IMG/VR virus record: IMGVR_UViG_3300042303_000391
Source: an uncultured virus (IMG/VR IMGVR_UViG_3300042303_000391)
Taxonomy: Duplodnaviria; Heunggongvirae; Uroviricota; Caudoviricetes
Strand: one strand, 5' to 3'
Length of the DNA: 64,000 nt
Each line of letters begins with the position of its first letter. Position 1 is the first letter of the stretch. The notes under the pieces are model-generated. The model saw only the letters and a list, made by a program, of their open reading frames with translations, had not been told where the DNA came from and made no database searches. This document shows, one piece after another, positions 30,384-41,118 of the stretch. The position numbers and the translations under genes are program-made.

Positions 30384-31562
30384 TTAATCTATACACTCAA
30401 GTTCAATTGTCTTACCACAAGGTCCTGTAGTAACAAACGCATTCAAAGTAGCTTCCACTGCTGTTTGAGTAGTGCTATGAGCTTCTGGTACTAAGATAGT
30501 TGTGATAAAATTAGGGTGCCAGTACATTCCATTTGCATTTTCATTTGGAGAAACTGTATGGTATCCTAACACATATTGGCAATATGTTTCATTACAATCT
30601 ACTAGCAAGTTTTTAGTTCTTGATACGTTCAATTGAGCATAGTAAGGAGCTCCTGTAGTTTCAACTTCGCTGTTCAAACCATCGAAACCTGTACCACCTG
30701 GCATTTCATGATACTCTTCCCATTGCAACTTAGCACCATGACCTTCTGGCAATTGCATTCCTGTATTGTCTACAGAAACACTTGTAGAATTTGGAGCCCA
30801 AGCTGAATCTAAGATAACTTGAATAGAACCGATAGTATATCTATCAATGATAGCCTCTGATGGAGGGAAACATACACACTCTGCAGTGTTTACTTTGAAA
30901 GTAATTTCGATTGCACAAGAGAAACCTGCTGCTGGAGTTATTGGACTAACTGGGTCTGCAGAAGTTCTTACTGTATCTACATATTTAGACAATAACTCGT
31001 TTGCTTCAATTTCTGCTTTCAATTTCAATGCAACTTCTTCACAATCATGAGTGTAGTCACAATCACCATCGCAAGAAGGACATTCTTCTGATTGAACAGA
31101 AATCAATTCTACATGGTATCTGTTTTCTGGGTAGAAAAAGTTCAATGTAGGATCGTTAATTCTGATTCCAATAGAATAGTTTTGTGAACAATCTGTACAA
31201 GAGAAGTTAAACTTAGCTTTGTTAGACTCACCCTCTTGAGGAGCTTTTACACTTGCATCATCAATTGAACAAGATGTAATAGTCTCACCTGAAGCTAATC
31301 TTACACTGTCTGAAGTTAATTTAGATGCAGTTTTATCTACACCAATTGCAATAAAAATAGATTTTACTCCTACGATAGTAGTAGCATCTACTGCTGTGTT
31401 GGTCTCGGCATTATAAAATCCGATTTGACCTGGTTTTAGTAAGTATTGTTTAGTGGTAGCATTATAAAACGCTGTACCAGTTGGAACAATACCGTATCCT
31501 GTTGCACTACCTGCTACTGCGGCAGTTGGAAGGAAAATTTGTTTTTGAATTCTTGATCTCAT
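30384..31562 (-). CDS. Auxiliary capsid/structural protein (crAss-type)
   Basis: 392 aa; biased codon usage like MCP; third gene after MCP; own terminator. Confidence 0.6.
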   Translation of the reverse strand: MRSRIQKQIFLPTAAVAGSATGYGIVPTGTAFYNATTKQYLLKPGQIGFYNAETNTAVDATTIVGVKSIFIAIGVDKTASKLTSDSVRLASGETITSCSIDDASVKAPQEGESNKAKFNFSCTDCSQNYSIGIRINDPTLNFFYPENRYHVELISVQSEECPSCDGDCDYTHDCEEVALKLKAEIEANELLSKYVDTVRTSADPVSPITPAAGFSCAIEITFKVNTAECVCFPPSEAIIDRYTIGSIQVILDSAWAPNSTSVSVDNTGMQLPEGHGAKLQWEEYHEMPGGTGFDGLNSEVETTGAPYYAQLNVSRTKNLLVDCNETYCQYVLGYHTVSPNENANGMYWHPNFITTILVPEAHSTTQTAVEATLNAFVTTGPCGKTIELECID

Positions 31563-31584
31563 TTTGAAATTTATTTAAGGTTTA

Positions 31585-32289
31585 TTAAATTTTTGATATG
31601 TTTAAAATTTTATTTAATTGTGATTCAAAATCTATAGTATTGCCTACATCTCTCATTGCTATTAATACTGCAATATCTATAATTTTGTTTGCTTGGAAAG
31701 TTGAGTTGATTTCTATATCTCTTTGAACTGCTGGAGTTCCATTAGGTAAGTTATAAGTTCCACCTCCATTTAAAAAGTCTTGTGGGTTACCTGGTCTTAA
31801 AGGTTTTCTAATATAAGAAAGAAAAACTTTGTCTATATCAAATCCTTCGTAATATAAGTATAACTTATTGCCAGACATGTCCATGTTTACTCTTTCAAAA
31901 ACATAGGAAGAATTAAACATAGGATCATTTGTATAAATATCATCCTTTTGTATGAAAAAATTCTTAATAGTTTTATTTGGACATTTATCTGTAAAACATA
32001 CAGAATAAGACTCTAAATATCTATAGTAATCTGCTGGTAAATCTGCGGTGTAATAGTCGTCATTAATCTTAGTGACTGGGAGTAGAAAATTTTTGATTTC
32101 TAGCTCCCTTATGTCATCTCTTCTTTTTTGATTTATTTCTAGTTGTTCGCAAATATTTTCAATATAAATTATATATGCTTCAAAAATATATTCATCTATC
32201 TGAGGTATAAGAAAGTTAGCGTTTCTTAGTCCATCTACCTTGTTAGCATGTTGTTTAAATTTATAATGGGCTTCTTTTATTGAAAACAT
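31585..32289 (-). CDS. Head-tail ring/adaptor protein (crAss-type)
   Basis: NKVD, LPADY, YIRKP, IIDIAV motifs; gene order. Confidence 0.65.
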   Translation of the reverse strand: MFSIKEAHYKFKQHANKVDGLRNANFLIPQIDEYIFEAYIIYIENICEQLEINQKRRDDIRELEIKNFLLPVTKINDDYYTADLPADYYRYLESYSVCFTDKCPNKTIKNFFIQKDDIYTNDPMFNSSYVFERVNMDMSGNKLYLYYEGFDIDKVFLSYIRKPLRPGNPQDFLNGGGTYNLPNGTPAVQRDIEINSTFQANKIIDIAVLIAMRDVGNTIDFESQLNKILNISKI

Positions 32290-33200
32290 TATTTCATCTT
32301 AGCTTTTAAAGCCTCTTCTAGGCTTAAATATAATGAAGAATTTTCTGGTTTTTGTAAGAAATCAATAATATTTATAGTATCTGTTTGAAGTTGTTCTCCG
32401 TTAAAGAATACTTTTATATTTTCTTTTCTTAACACTGCATATTGGTACATTTTCTCAACATTGATAGTAACTTCCAATTTTGCTTTATTTTTAGAATCTG
32501 ATAGCTCAATAAATAAATCTTGTATAGCTGTCAAAGTTTCTTTATTACTGTTTTCTGTAATTTTAGAATACAACAAGTCTTCTATAATCACTTCTTTCTC
32601 ATCTCCTGTCAATTTAATACCTAAAGCGGTACTCATGTCTCTCTTTTGAGATAGTGTGAGTTTATTGTATCTTTCGTGTAATTTACTTGTTTTTTCACGC
32701 TTAGACTCTCTCACAGTAGCATCTGCTATTTCATCTTCAATAATCCACTCTGCGGCTGGGTGTTTAGATAGAGAAGTCTCTCCCACCACTGTCATTGAAT
32801 CTGCCGACATGATTGCATAAATCAATTCTTCTGTCGGTTTATTTAGGTCAAGAGTTTGAATATCTCTTCCTAATTTAGCTCTACACTTACTATGTGTAAA
32901 GAAAGGATCTTTTCTATTAGAAGGATCTGCTGAAGTTATTTTTTGATTAGTATACTCATCATTTAATGCAAGTTTTTTTACTAATTCATTTATTTGTTCA
33001 TCAGTGTATCTATCATTGATAGGACCTAGATTGTATCTGTAAGCATTCTCATCAAATTGAGGTCTAATGGTATTAGCGTTAGCTAAAAATGCATAGCTTT
33101 CAGAAGCTTGTCTATAAGCAGGGTCAATATTTACTTGCCAATGCTTATTTTTTTTAATGTTAGGGTAAATTTTTACCTTCTTGTTTAATAATGTACTCAT
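32289..33200 (-). CDS. Conserved crAss-like capsid-module protein
   Basis: 303 aa directly after MCP; LDLNKP.E motif. Confidence 0.55.
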   Translation of the reverse strand: MSTLLNKKVKIYPNIKKNKHWQVNIDPAYRQASESYAFLANANTIRPQFDENAYRYNLGPINDRYTDEQINELVKKLALNDEYTNQKITSADPSNRKDPFFTHSKCRAKLGRDIQTLDLNKPTEELIYAIMSADSMTVVGETSLSKHPAAEWIIEDEIADATVRESKREKTSKLHERYNKLTLSQKRDMSTALGIKLTGDEKEVIIEDLLYSKITENSNKETLTAIQDLFIELSDSKNKAKLEVTINVEKMYQYAVLRKENIKVFFNGEQLQTDTINIIDFLQKPENSSLYLSLEEALKAKMK

Positions 33201-33231
33201 TGTTTTGTTGTTTGTGTGGTTTAAAAAAAAA

Positions 33232-33305
33232 TAGTAGCAACGACTCAGACTCGAACTGGTTAAACTGGTTTATGAGACCAGAGAGATCCATACCTCCCTC
33301 CTGCT
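33232..33305 (-). tRNA. tRNA-Met(CAT)-like, degenerate
   Basis: Anticodon arm CTGGT-CTCATAA-ACCAG; T loop TTCGAGT; acceptor AGCAG/TTGCT with mismatches; ends CTA rather than CCA. Confidence 0.65.
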
Positions 33306-33324
33306 ATCCTCTATCAAATGATAG

Positions 33325-33358
33325 AAAAAAAAGGGTATGATTAGAGGGCTCATACCCT
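33325..33358 (-). terminator. Intrinsic terminator after MCP
   Basis: AGGGTATGA-loop-TCATACCCT followed by a T run. Confidence 0.8.
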
Positions 33359-33374
33359 AAAGCCTATTGAAGTT

Positions 33375-34952
33375 TTATTTTCCTCTTAATGCTGCTGGAA
33401 TCAACTCACCGCATTTTGTAACATCTTTTACCAAGATACCTGCGTATTCCATTCTATGTACTGTCCAGAAGTCACCTGAGTGAGACATCAATCCTCCTTG
33501 GTTATTACCATAAGGACTTGACAATCCACCTTCGTAACCGTAAGCTACATCTCTCTTAGATTTCAAGTAGGAAATGTTTTTACCAAAACCATCACCTAAT
33601 CCGTAGTTAACGAATGTAAATCTTGAAGACTCTGCTGGATAACCATTCTCATCTAGGATAGTGTTGAAAGTTACATCATCATAAGCTTTCATGTGCATAA
33701 CTGTCAATGAACCACCAAATTTCAATTTGTATTGAGTATATGGAGTTTCAGTGTAAGACAATCCTGTTGGTCCACCTGGTACCAATGAAGCACCATCTGT
33801 TTTGATGAAATAATCTTTCATATCTTTGAAGAAACCTTGAGTTATTTGGTTGATAGCCTCATCAAATAATCTTAGTCCTATTTCACCTGTCCACATTACA
33901 ACATTTCTTTGATCGTAAGCAACTCTACCGAAGAATATATCTTGTAGGAAGTCTTTGATAAGACCAATAGAGAAAGTGTTATAGAATTCTCTATATCCAT
34001 CTTCCAAAATCTCTTGAAGACCTGGACCTTGGTTTACAAAGTATCCTGTAGACTCGTCAATAACTGTAGAAGTACTTCTTTGATACATCAAGTGAAGTTC
34101 TTTTTCCATTTCAAATTCTTTGTTGAATTTAACCTCAGCAACGGAAGTGATATACATGTTACCTGTATTTTTCTTGCTCAATGCGTTAGCAATTCTTGTT
34201 TGGAAAGCTTGTTGGCTCTCACCTGCTTTTCTTCCTGCTAAGATTAACAAATCTGCCTCAGACAAGTTACCGTTCAATTTTCTTTGAGCAGCATCTCCTG
34301 TCATTGCATATTGTTTTCTAAATCTTGTCAATCCAGAACGGAATTTAATTTTACCGATAGCATCAACACTCATTGAACCACCTTTTACAGATGCCTCAGA
34401 ATAAGTGGAGTGCATTTTCATCACTCTTGTTCCTGGAGTGAACAAACTATTGTCAACAAACAAGCTTGGGCTGTCAGTCATCAATTTAACTGTGTAAACT
34501 GTAAAAGATCCTTCTTTAACAGGAGCTTTACTTACACGCATGTTGAATTTTTTGCTGTCAGTGAATACCAATGTATCACCTTCTACAAATGTTCCAATGT
34601 CAAGTTTAATTTTAAACTCTCTTTGAGCAATACCTTTTGTAAGGTTTCCTGCTTCAACGTCTTCAACGATAAGAGCTGGTCTGTATCCTGAAACCATGAA
34701 TTCCCATTCTACTTTGTCACCTTCAACAGTGATAGTGTCAGAACCTTGTGCAAGTTCCAATAGTGGTGCAGTACCGTCAAACAATGTTTTCATAGAGGCT
34801 AATTGACCCATACCACCTAATGCGTCTGTGTCTGTTTTAATCAAACCTGCAGCATATAGATTGTTTAAGTTGGTATAGTTCATACCCCAGTTACGATCGC
34901 CTGTAATCGTAGGGGCCTTTATAATACCGAATTTACTTTGTGATAATTTCAT
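33375..34952 (-). CDS. Major capsid protein (crAss-type)
   Basis: 525 aa; FRKQY.MTG, GPGLQE, TGEIG...FD, G.LVKD.TKCGELIP; terminase-portal-scaffold-MCP order. Confidence 0.9.
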   Translation of the reverse strand: MKLSQSKFGIIKAPTITGDRNWGMNYTNLNNLYAAGLIKTDTDALGGMGQLASMKTLFDGTAPLLELAQGSDTITVEGDKVEWEFMVSGYRPALIVEDVEAGNLTKGIAQREFKIKLDIGTFVEGDTLVFTDSKKFNMRVSKAPVKEGSFTVYTVKLMTDSPSLFVDNSLFTPGTRVMKMHSTYSEASVKGGSMSVDAIGKIKFRSGLTRFRKQYAMTGDAAQRKLNGNLSEADLLILAGRKAGESQQAFQTRIANALSKKNTGNMYITSVAEVKFNKEFEMEKELHLMYQRSTSTVIDESTGYFVNQGPGLQEILEDGYREFYNTFSIGLIKDFLQDIFFGRVAYDQRNVVMWTGEIGLRLFDEAINQITQGFFKDMKDYFIKTDGASLVPGGPTGLSYTETPYTQYKLKFGGSLTVMHMKAYDDVTFNTILDENGYPAESSRFTFVNYGLGDGFGKNISYLKSKRDVAYGYEGGLSSPYGNNQGGLMSHSGDFWTVHRMEYAGILVKDVTKCGELIPAALRGK

Positions 34953-34977
34953 GTTAATTTAATTTAATTTTTTATAT

Positions 34978-36117
34978 TTAATTTATGAATTCTAATTTAA
35001 TTGTATTTGGCTTTGTTTTTCCAGAAGCTCTTCTTAAACTTTCTGCCAACTTACTTTTTTCTTTACTTGCCACTTCAACTTTATCTGACTTATCTGATAA
35101 TCCTTCAAATATTTTGTAAGCTAATGCTACCATTTTTTCAGGATCAGAAAGATACTCATTTAATTTTTGTTTGAAGCCTGTAGCTCTTCCTACAACTTCT
35201 CCCCTATCGTTTCTTATCTCTTGAGGTGAAAAAATAAAATCTTCAAAATTACTTTTTTGGTTTTTAGCAATAACTACATTATTACTTTTGCCGCTTTGAA
35301 TAGTTTCTCTTATTTTATTTACACTCTTAATATACTCTTCTCTTTGTATACGAGCATATTCTTGTTGAGATTTTATAAGATCTTCTTCTTGTTTTTCTCT
35401 GAAAACTTTTAAATCAGCTTGAATTTTACTAGCTTGATTAAATAGCTTTCCTTTTTCTTTATACCCCTCCAATAACGATTCTGCCTCTTCTTCTTCTAAA
35501 TTTTTAACCGAAGTTAAATATGTTTTTACAAGAGCTGTAGCATTATCTTCATCTTCAATGTCTACATCCACCCAATTTGTTTCTGCGTGTAAATTGACAT
35601 AATCATCAATATTTCCCCCATTCTTTAAAAAATTAAGAACACCGTCTACTCTAGGGTCATTTATTTTATAAGAACTCTTTACTAAATTTAAAGCCCTTTC
35701 ATCTAAAGTGGCTTCATAAGCTTCAAATAAAGCTTCTTCTGATCCATCCCAATCTTCTGGAAGATTTAAAAGGTTTTTTTCCTGTAATTCTGAAGCAAAT
35801 ATTTTTAAAGGATCTACTTCTGAATTTTCTTCTTCATCTTCTGAAGACTCTTCTTCTTCTTCTTTTTGAGAAGAGGAGCTTTCTTTCTTCTTATTTAATA
35901 TTGCTTCCTTTTCTTCGTCATTAAGGTCAAGGTCATCAATATTGTCTTCATCTACTAAATCAGCATTAACTAAAGAAGAATCATTATCCTCATCTTCTTC
36001 TTCCTCCTCTGTTTGTTCCGTTTCGTTTATAGATTCTATTTTATCTGATAAATTATTATCGTTTAAAAGATCTTCATTGAATTCTATAATTTCAAAATCT
36101 AAATTGTTCTCTTGCAT
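34978..36117 (-). CDS. Acidic scaffold-like protein
   Basis: Very acidic N-terminus, between portal and MCP; likely start MQENN at 36117. Confidence 0.65.
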   Translation of the reverse strand: MQENNLDFEIIEFNEDLLNDNNLSDKIESINETEQTEEEEEDEDNDSSLVNADLVDEDNIDDLDLNDEEKEAILNKKKESSSSQKEEEEESSEDEEENSEVDPLKIFASELQEKNLLNLPEDWDGSEEALFEAYEATLDERALNLVKSSYKINDPRVDGVLNFLKNGGNIDDYVNLHAETNWVDVDIEDEDNATALVKTYLTSVKNLEEEEAESLLEGYKEKGKLFNQASKIQADLKVFREKQEEDLIKSQQEYARIQREEYIKSVNKIRETIQSGKSNNVVIAKNQKSNFEDFIFSPQEIRNDRGEVVGRATGFKQKLNEYLSDPEKMVALAYKIFEGLSDKSDKVEVASKEKSKLAESLRRASGKTKPNTIKLEFIN

Positions 36118-36245
36118 GTTTGTTTGTTTATGTGTGTGTGAAATAATTGTTTTGTACTGCAAAATTGAAAAAAAATTATTTTTTTATAAATTATTTTTTT
36201 CTTAGAATAAAAAAATTCATTAATGAGCCCAGTGTTTATAAGGGT

Positions 36246-38756
36246 TTACTCCTTTTTACCCTTTTTTTTCATTAGTTGAATTTCAGTTTCAATTTTTTTA
36301 TTCTGAAGTTGTATCTGTGCTATCTTGGCATCATTGAGCTCTACGTTTGACTCATTTTCATTTTTTTCCATCTGCAATTGAATCAAGTCGTTTGTTCCAT
36401 CTTGGTCAATATCGTTAGCTCTTTGTAATCTCTGAGCATTCAACTCCGCAGACTTTAATGTTACAGCGTTTCTATCATCAGCTATTTGTTTCTGCATTTT
36501 CATTTCTTCTTGTTTAGCTTGAATCTGCATTTGTTGCATTTGCATTTGTTGCTCTTGTTGAGATTTTTGCATTTGCTCTTCTTTAGCTTCTTTTTGCTCC
36601 TGAATTCTAGCAATGATGTTTTTAACTTCTGTAGCATTCTCTGTAGTGAGAATTTCTGTAGCCACTCTTAAATCTCCTCCACTATTTTGGATAATAGGTT
36701 GAATTAAGTTTTTCAATTGACTAATAATCTCTGTATCTCTTAATGTATTAGTAATAAATACTTTATAGTTATAATTTGCGAAATCTGCCACCTCTGTATT
36801 CAATGTAGCTATACTTAAATCTGAAAGAATATAAGAAGCCTTTAATGGGTTTTCCTTATAGATTACTTTGCATATTTCAATATAGTTCTCAACGGTTCTT
36901 TCTTTTACATAATTATGCATGTAGAACCATTTCTCCGTTTGATTAGAGGATTGTATAATACTTTGTTGGTTATTGCCTATAGACTCATAAGGAGATTGCT
37001 GTCCTAGTCTACCAGGGTTATAGCTCATAGACTGTGCCATTTTTTTCTCAATATATTCTAATAGTTGTATTTTTTGATTTATTTCTTGTGCGTGAGATAG
37101 GTTGATAGATTTCCAATAATTAGGATCTACCCCCATATTTCTTAAATCTCCTTCTTTAGAAGCACTAATTAAAGCCACCTTGAATTTCTTAATATAAGTC
37201 ATCCACTGTGTAGGAGTCATTTCCTTTGGAATTTGTTCTTGCAATCCTAGCAATACATTACCTATATCTGTCTTCATCAATTCAATAATTTGATTGATAA
37301 CTACATTGTACAAGAACTGCCAAGGTTTTCCTAAGTCAGCAATTGCTATAGGGGCGGAGTTTCTTGCCGAATAAACAGAGCCTGTATAAGGCCCTCTAAT
37401 TTGAAAAGGGTTGTCAACGTCTCTATATTGATTAGGAATAGGTTCAACTTTTATATAAATCTTTGGATTGGTGAATATTTTATATCCATGCCAGAATTCA
37501 GGTATCCATAGAATTTCTTGCTTAACGTCTGTTTCTTTGTTAAAAACATAAGTTTCATCAGCAATAGTTTTTTCTAGGGTGCCATTTTCATTTAACCTAA
37601 AGATATATTTAATTTTTTTCAAAGACTTCCAAACAACATGCGTTACTCTAAGTCTTCTAATTTTAAAATTATCACTGTAATTATCTTCCCAAGGGTCTAC
37701 CCAGCTAGGAGTAGCTTCGGAATCTGTAGGATTCATAATAGCATTAGGAATAATTTCCCACACCTTAGAATCTGAAGGAGAGTTTAATGTAGACTCATAT
37801 TTGTCAAAAACTTCTCTCTCTTCTTCGGTAATTATATTACCAAATTTTTGATATATCTCGTAAATAGATAGATACTCGTCATAAGTACACCAGTCTGCTT
37901 CATCCAAGAAGTCAACATCTTTTGACTTAGCATAGTTGAAATACAAAGGATTACAAGCTCTGATAGTAGGTCTACCATTTAACTCTCCTGTCCAATATAC
38001 TTCTTCTCCTGTTATAATTACATCTTTCCAGCCTTTATCAAAAACTAATTTAATTCTATCTGTACGGATATGATATTGTAATAGCTCATCGGTAAGCTTT
38101 TCTTCAGGCAGTTTAAATCCTTTAGCCATGTAAGTTTCTACCTCCACTGGAGTCATTTTATTAATGGTTTCCTCAAGCTGTGCATCTAGATTAGCAGTAA
38201 TTTCTTGTAGCTTTTCTAAATACTGAGGGTCCATTGAAGGGTCCATCTGGGCTTTTATTTCTTCTAGTCTTTTTTGATTAACTGCCTTTGCTTTTAAAAG
38301 CAATTCTTGTCTTACAATCTTAGAAGTATTCTCAATTAAAAGTTCTCTACGCTTTCTTTGTCTAATTGACTCACTTGTAGAGTTTGTACTAACCACTCTA
38401 ATATTGAAAGGTCTTTTGATTTCCTCTCCTTCTAGGTCGTGTAATACGTTTTGTAATATAGGGAAATGTATAAAATCACTTTGGTTAATCTCAATTTCTG
38501 GAATATCCATTCCTAATTCATTCTCAATTATATTCCCTGTATTTATATAACTGGTAAAATCCATTCTACCGTTATATAGTTCGTAGTTTATCTTGAATTT
38601 TTCTTTTCTCTCGTTATAATAGTTGTATTGATTGCATAGGTAATCCATTCTTTGCCTTGCCCAGGCATAGTTATCAGCTATTTTTTTCTTATAACTTAGC
38701 CTATCACTTCCAGGCATGTTTAAGAATTGTGCGGTTAAACTATCGTTTATTACCAT
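36246..38756 (-). CDS. Portal protein
   Basis: 836 aa; NYELYNG, L.GEEIKRPF, W.PEFW.GYKI, KPWQFLYN, Gln-rich C-terminus. Confidence 0.9.
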   Translation of the reverse strand: MVINDSLTAQFLNMPGSDRLSYKKKIADNYAWARQRMDYLCNQYNYYNERKEKFKINYELYNGRMDFTSYINTGNIIENELGMDIPEIEINQSDFIHFPILQNVLHDLEGEEIKRPFNIRVVSTNSTSESIRQRKRRELLIENTSKIVRQELLLKAKAVNQKRLEEIKAQMDPSMDPQYLEKLQEITANLDAQLEETINKMTPVEVETYMAKGFKLPEEKLTDELLQYHIRTDRIKLVFDKGWKDVIITGEEVYWTGELNGRPTIRACNPLYFNYAKSKDVDFLDEADWCTYDEYLSIYEIYQKFGNIITEEEREVFDKYESTLNSPSDSKVWEIIPNAIMNPTDSEATPSWVDPWEDNYSDNFKIRRLRVTHVVWKSLKKIKYIFRLNENGTLEKTIADETYVFNKETDVKQEILWIPEFWHGYKIFTNPKIYIKVEPIPNQYRDVDNPFQIRGPYTGSVYSARNSAPIAIADLGKPWQFLYNVVINQIIELMKTDIGNVLLGLQEQIPKEMTPTQWMTYIKKFKVALISASKEGDLRNMGVDPNYWKSINLSHAQEINQKIQLLEYIEKKMAQSMSYNPGRLGQQSPYESIGNNQQSIIQSSNQTEKWFYMHNYVKERTVENYIEICKVIYKENPLKASYILSDLSIATLNTEVADFANYNYKVFITNTLRDTEIISQLKNLIQPIIQNSGGDLRVATEILTTENATEVKNIIARIQEQKEAKEEQMQKSQQEQQMQMQQMQIQAKQEEMKMQKQIADDRNAVTLKSAELNAQRLQRANDIDQDGTNDLIQLQMEKNENESNVELNDAKIAQIQLQNKKIETEIQLMKKKGKKE

Positions 38757-38814
38757 TTTTAGTTTATTTAAAAAAACAAAATTAATTAAAAATTATTTTT
38801 TTATAAAATTTATT

Positions 38815-41118
38815 TTAATATTTCAGTAAATTAGTATTTTTTAACTGGTTATTATATAAGTCTTTATAAAAATCATTTGACGTTTTTTTCACTATGTCTT
38901 CAGACTCTTTTATAACCATTTCTTTGTCTTGCTCTAGCCAAAGCATTAATAAAAGGAAAGCAGACACACGGTCAAAGTTTCCTTTATCATTGAATTGTAC
39001 AAGTTCTTCTAATAGCAAATCATCTTTTATAGTGTTTAAGTTTCTCACCACTATTTCTCTCTTAGTCCCATCCTCTAGCTCTTCTGCATATTTTTTCTTC
39101 TCCTCCAACAACCATTGTTGTGCCAATCTTAAAGCATATTGCTTCAAGGGGTTTGTCATTGGAATTCCCACATCATACTTTAATGTGGGGTCTTTTATAG
39201 CTTTCTCAATTATTTGTTTTGGGGTGGGGGCAAGTATATGGTAGTTTCCTGTACGCATACAATAATTCTTAAAGTCAATAATGTTATTCTCAAACATTAC
39301 CTGTGCATTAAAGTATTTAGCAGCCAACACACAATTTAAATGTATTTCTTCAGGCATATCATATCTTCCTACCCACCAAGCCACAATTTCATTACCGTTA
39401 TTGTCTAAGGTATTATTAGATTTGTAAACATAAATGGCTGCTAATGAGGTACCTCCGCCTTCATCTCTAATAGGGTCATATACAATTTTAAATAAATTAG
39501 GGGGTATAATTCCCACTGGAGGGTGCTCATAAAATTCCCAAGCACTTTTTAAATCTGACTTAGAATCATGCGGAAATCTATCTATAGGTCTTAAATCAAA
39601 GTTAGGCTTAAATTTAACCCCTGTAATAAAATCAGGATCTTCAACAAGGTTTCCCAATGTTCTTAAATGTTTTTTAAACTGGTATCTATCATTGGAAGCT
39701 TGTTGTTCTCTTAGCATAACGATTGGGAATTTATTACCTGTTTTTGAGAGAAACATTTCAGAAGGCTTAATTGGCCTAGACATGATGTACTCATCATAAG
39801 CAGAAGTATTATTAGCTTGCTTCTTTTCTTCACGTCTTTCCATCTCAAATTTAAGAGAGGTGTCTACATCCGTATTACCATTTTCATCTTTATATGCTAA
39901 ATTGGTGTAAATAGCTGGAAGAAAGAAGCCTATAGTTCCTCTTCCTTCATAAATATCTTTAAATCCTAGAAAATCATAAGCCTCAGGGTCTCTGAATATA
40001 ATCTCAGACTCAATAACTTTATCCATATCCCCACCTGTTCCTAAATATAAGGAAGATCCAAACTTACCTGCCCCCATATCTTGCGTAGACTCATTAGCCC
40101 CATGTACGGTGAGAATCTTATCTTCCAATCCCACCTCTTCTACCACTAGGACATTATAACGACCTCCAACGGCCGCTTGCTTATTGTCTTTATACGTTTC
40201 ATGTATCAACAAGGACCCTGTACCTTCTTTTACTAGAGAATTTCCTATCTTTTTCTCATACTCAAACCTGTAAGGATTTTTTGAATTACCTACCTTCAAT
40301 GTTCCTGAAAAAGTCCTACTAAAAGGAGAAGGAAAATAATCTCTGTCAAAATACTCCCCAGGAAGATTCTTTAAAGAGTTTGAGAATTTATCTAAAAGCT
40401 GGGAAGATTTTCCTGAACTAGCTGACCCGCAAAATATTTCCACTTTATTCCTACCTGATAGATAATCCTCCACGGTCTTTGCCCCGTCTGACAACCATTC
40501 ATGCTCCATTAACGCTGATGCCATAAAGCTTTTTCCTCCAGACCTAGATCCTAACACAAAGAGGTTCAATGCGTTGTTCTCATATAAAGGATTACCAAGA
40601 GGTTTTTCATGGGTACCATTAAGATATTCTAAAGGGTCTACATAAGTCTTTAAAGTGCCATCTTTCTTATAACAATTATCAGTGAGGTTATTTAAAAATT
40701 TAAGAGGAATATCAGGAAGACTATTGTTTAACAATTTATCTTGCTTTAACTTTGCAGTCCAATTACAGGTGTATTCATCATCCTCATCAAACCCACTAAA
40801 GCCTCTACAAATAAACCAACAATTTAAAATTGTCCAGTTTATATCCAATAGGCTAGGTCTAGATTTAATACGTTGCTTACCATCTTGGATAGTGATGGTG
40901 TGATAGTTGGCAAAGTAGTTTAATTGAGGGTTCATGTACCTCCAACGCAGTCCTTCAGGAGTTTGCTCCTCTCTCCACATCCCTAAAATAAATTCCTCAA
41001 GTTCTTTAGTCCAATATTCAGAATAAGCTGTACTATGAGGGTGTAAAACAGGGTGGTTTTTAATAAAAGGAGTATTGTCATATATTTTTGGAAAAATATA
41101 AGAAGTATCTATAATCAT
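38815..41118 (-). CDS. terL: Terminase large subunit
   Basis: Walker A SRSGGKSF, Walker B VVEEVG, GTGGD, nuclease YDP, FENN, GNFDRVSA. Confidence 0.92.
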   Translation of the reverse strand: MIIDTSYIFPKIYDNTPFIKNHPVLHPHSTAYSEYWTKELEEFILGMWREEQTPEGLRWRYMNPQLNYFANYHTITIQDGKQRIKSRPSLLDINWTILNCWFICRGFSGFDEDDEYTCNWTAKLKQDKLLNNSLPDIPLKFLNNLTDNCYKKDGTLKTYVDPLEYLNGTHEKPLGNPLYENNALNLFVLGSRSGGKSFMASALMEHEWLSDGAKTVEDYLSGRNKVEIFCGSASSGKSSQLLDKFSNSLKNLPGEYFDRDYFPSPFSRTFSGTLKVGNSKNPYRFEYEKKIGNSLVKEGTGSLLIHETYKDNKQAAVGGRYNVLVVEEVGLEDKILTVHGANESTQDMGAGKFGSSLYLGTGGDMDKVIESEIIFRDPEAYDFLGFKDIYEGRGTIGFFLPAIYTNLAYKDENGNTDVDTSLKFEMERREEKKQANNTSAYDEYIMSRPIKPSEMFLSKTGNKFPIVMLREQQASNDRYQFKKHLRTLGNLVEDPDFITGVKFKPNFDLRPIDRFPHDSKSDLKSAWEFYEHPPVGIIPPNLFKIVYDPIRDEGGGTSLAAIYVYKSNNTLDNNGNEIVAWWVGRYDMPEEIHLNCVLAAKYFNAQVMFENNIIDFKNYCMRTGNYHILAPTPKQIIEKAIKDPTLKYDVGIPMTNPLKQYALRLAQQWLLEEKKKYAEELEDGTKREIVVRNLNTIKDDLLLEELVQFNDKGNFDRVSAFLLLMLWLEQDKEMVIKESEDIVKKTSNDFYKDLYNNQLKNTNLLKY

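Noticed and set aside
33375..41118. Introns or inteins in MCP, portal or terminase (also checked in PolA)
   Set aside because: ORFs are continuous and of ordinary size, with no intein C/HN ends or homing endonuclease motifs recognised.
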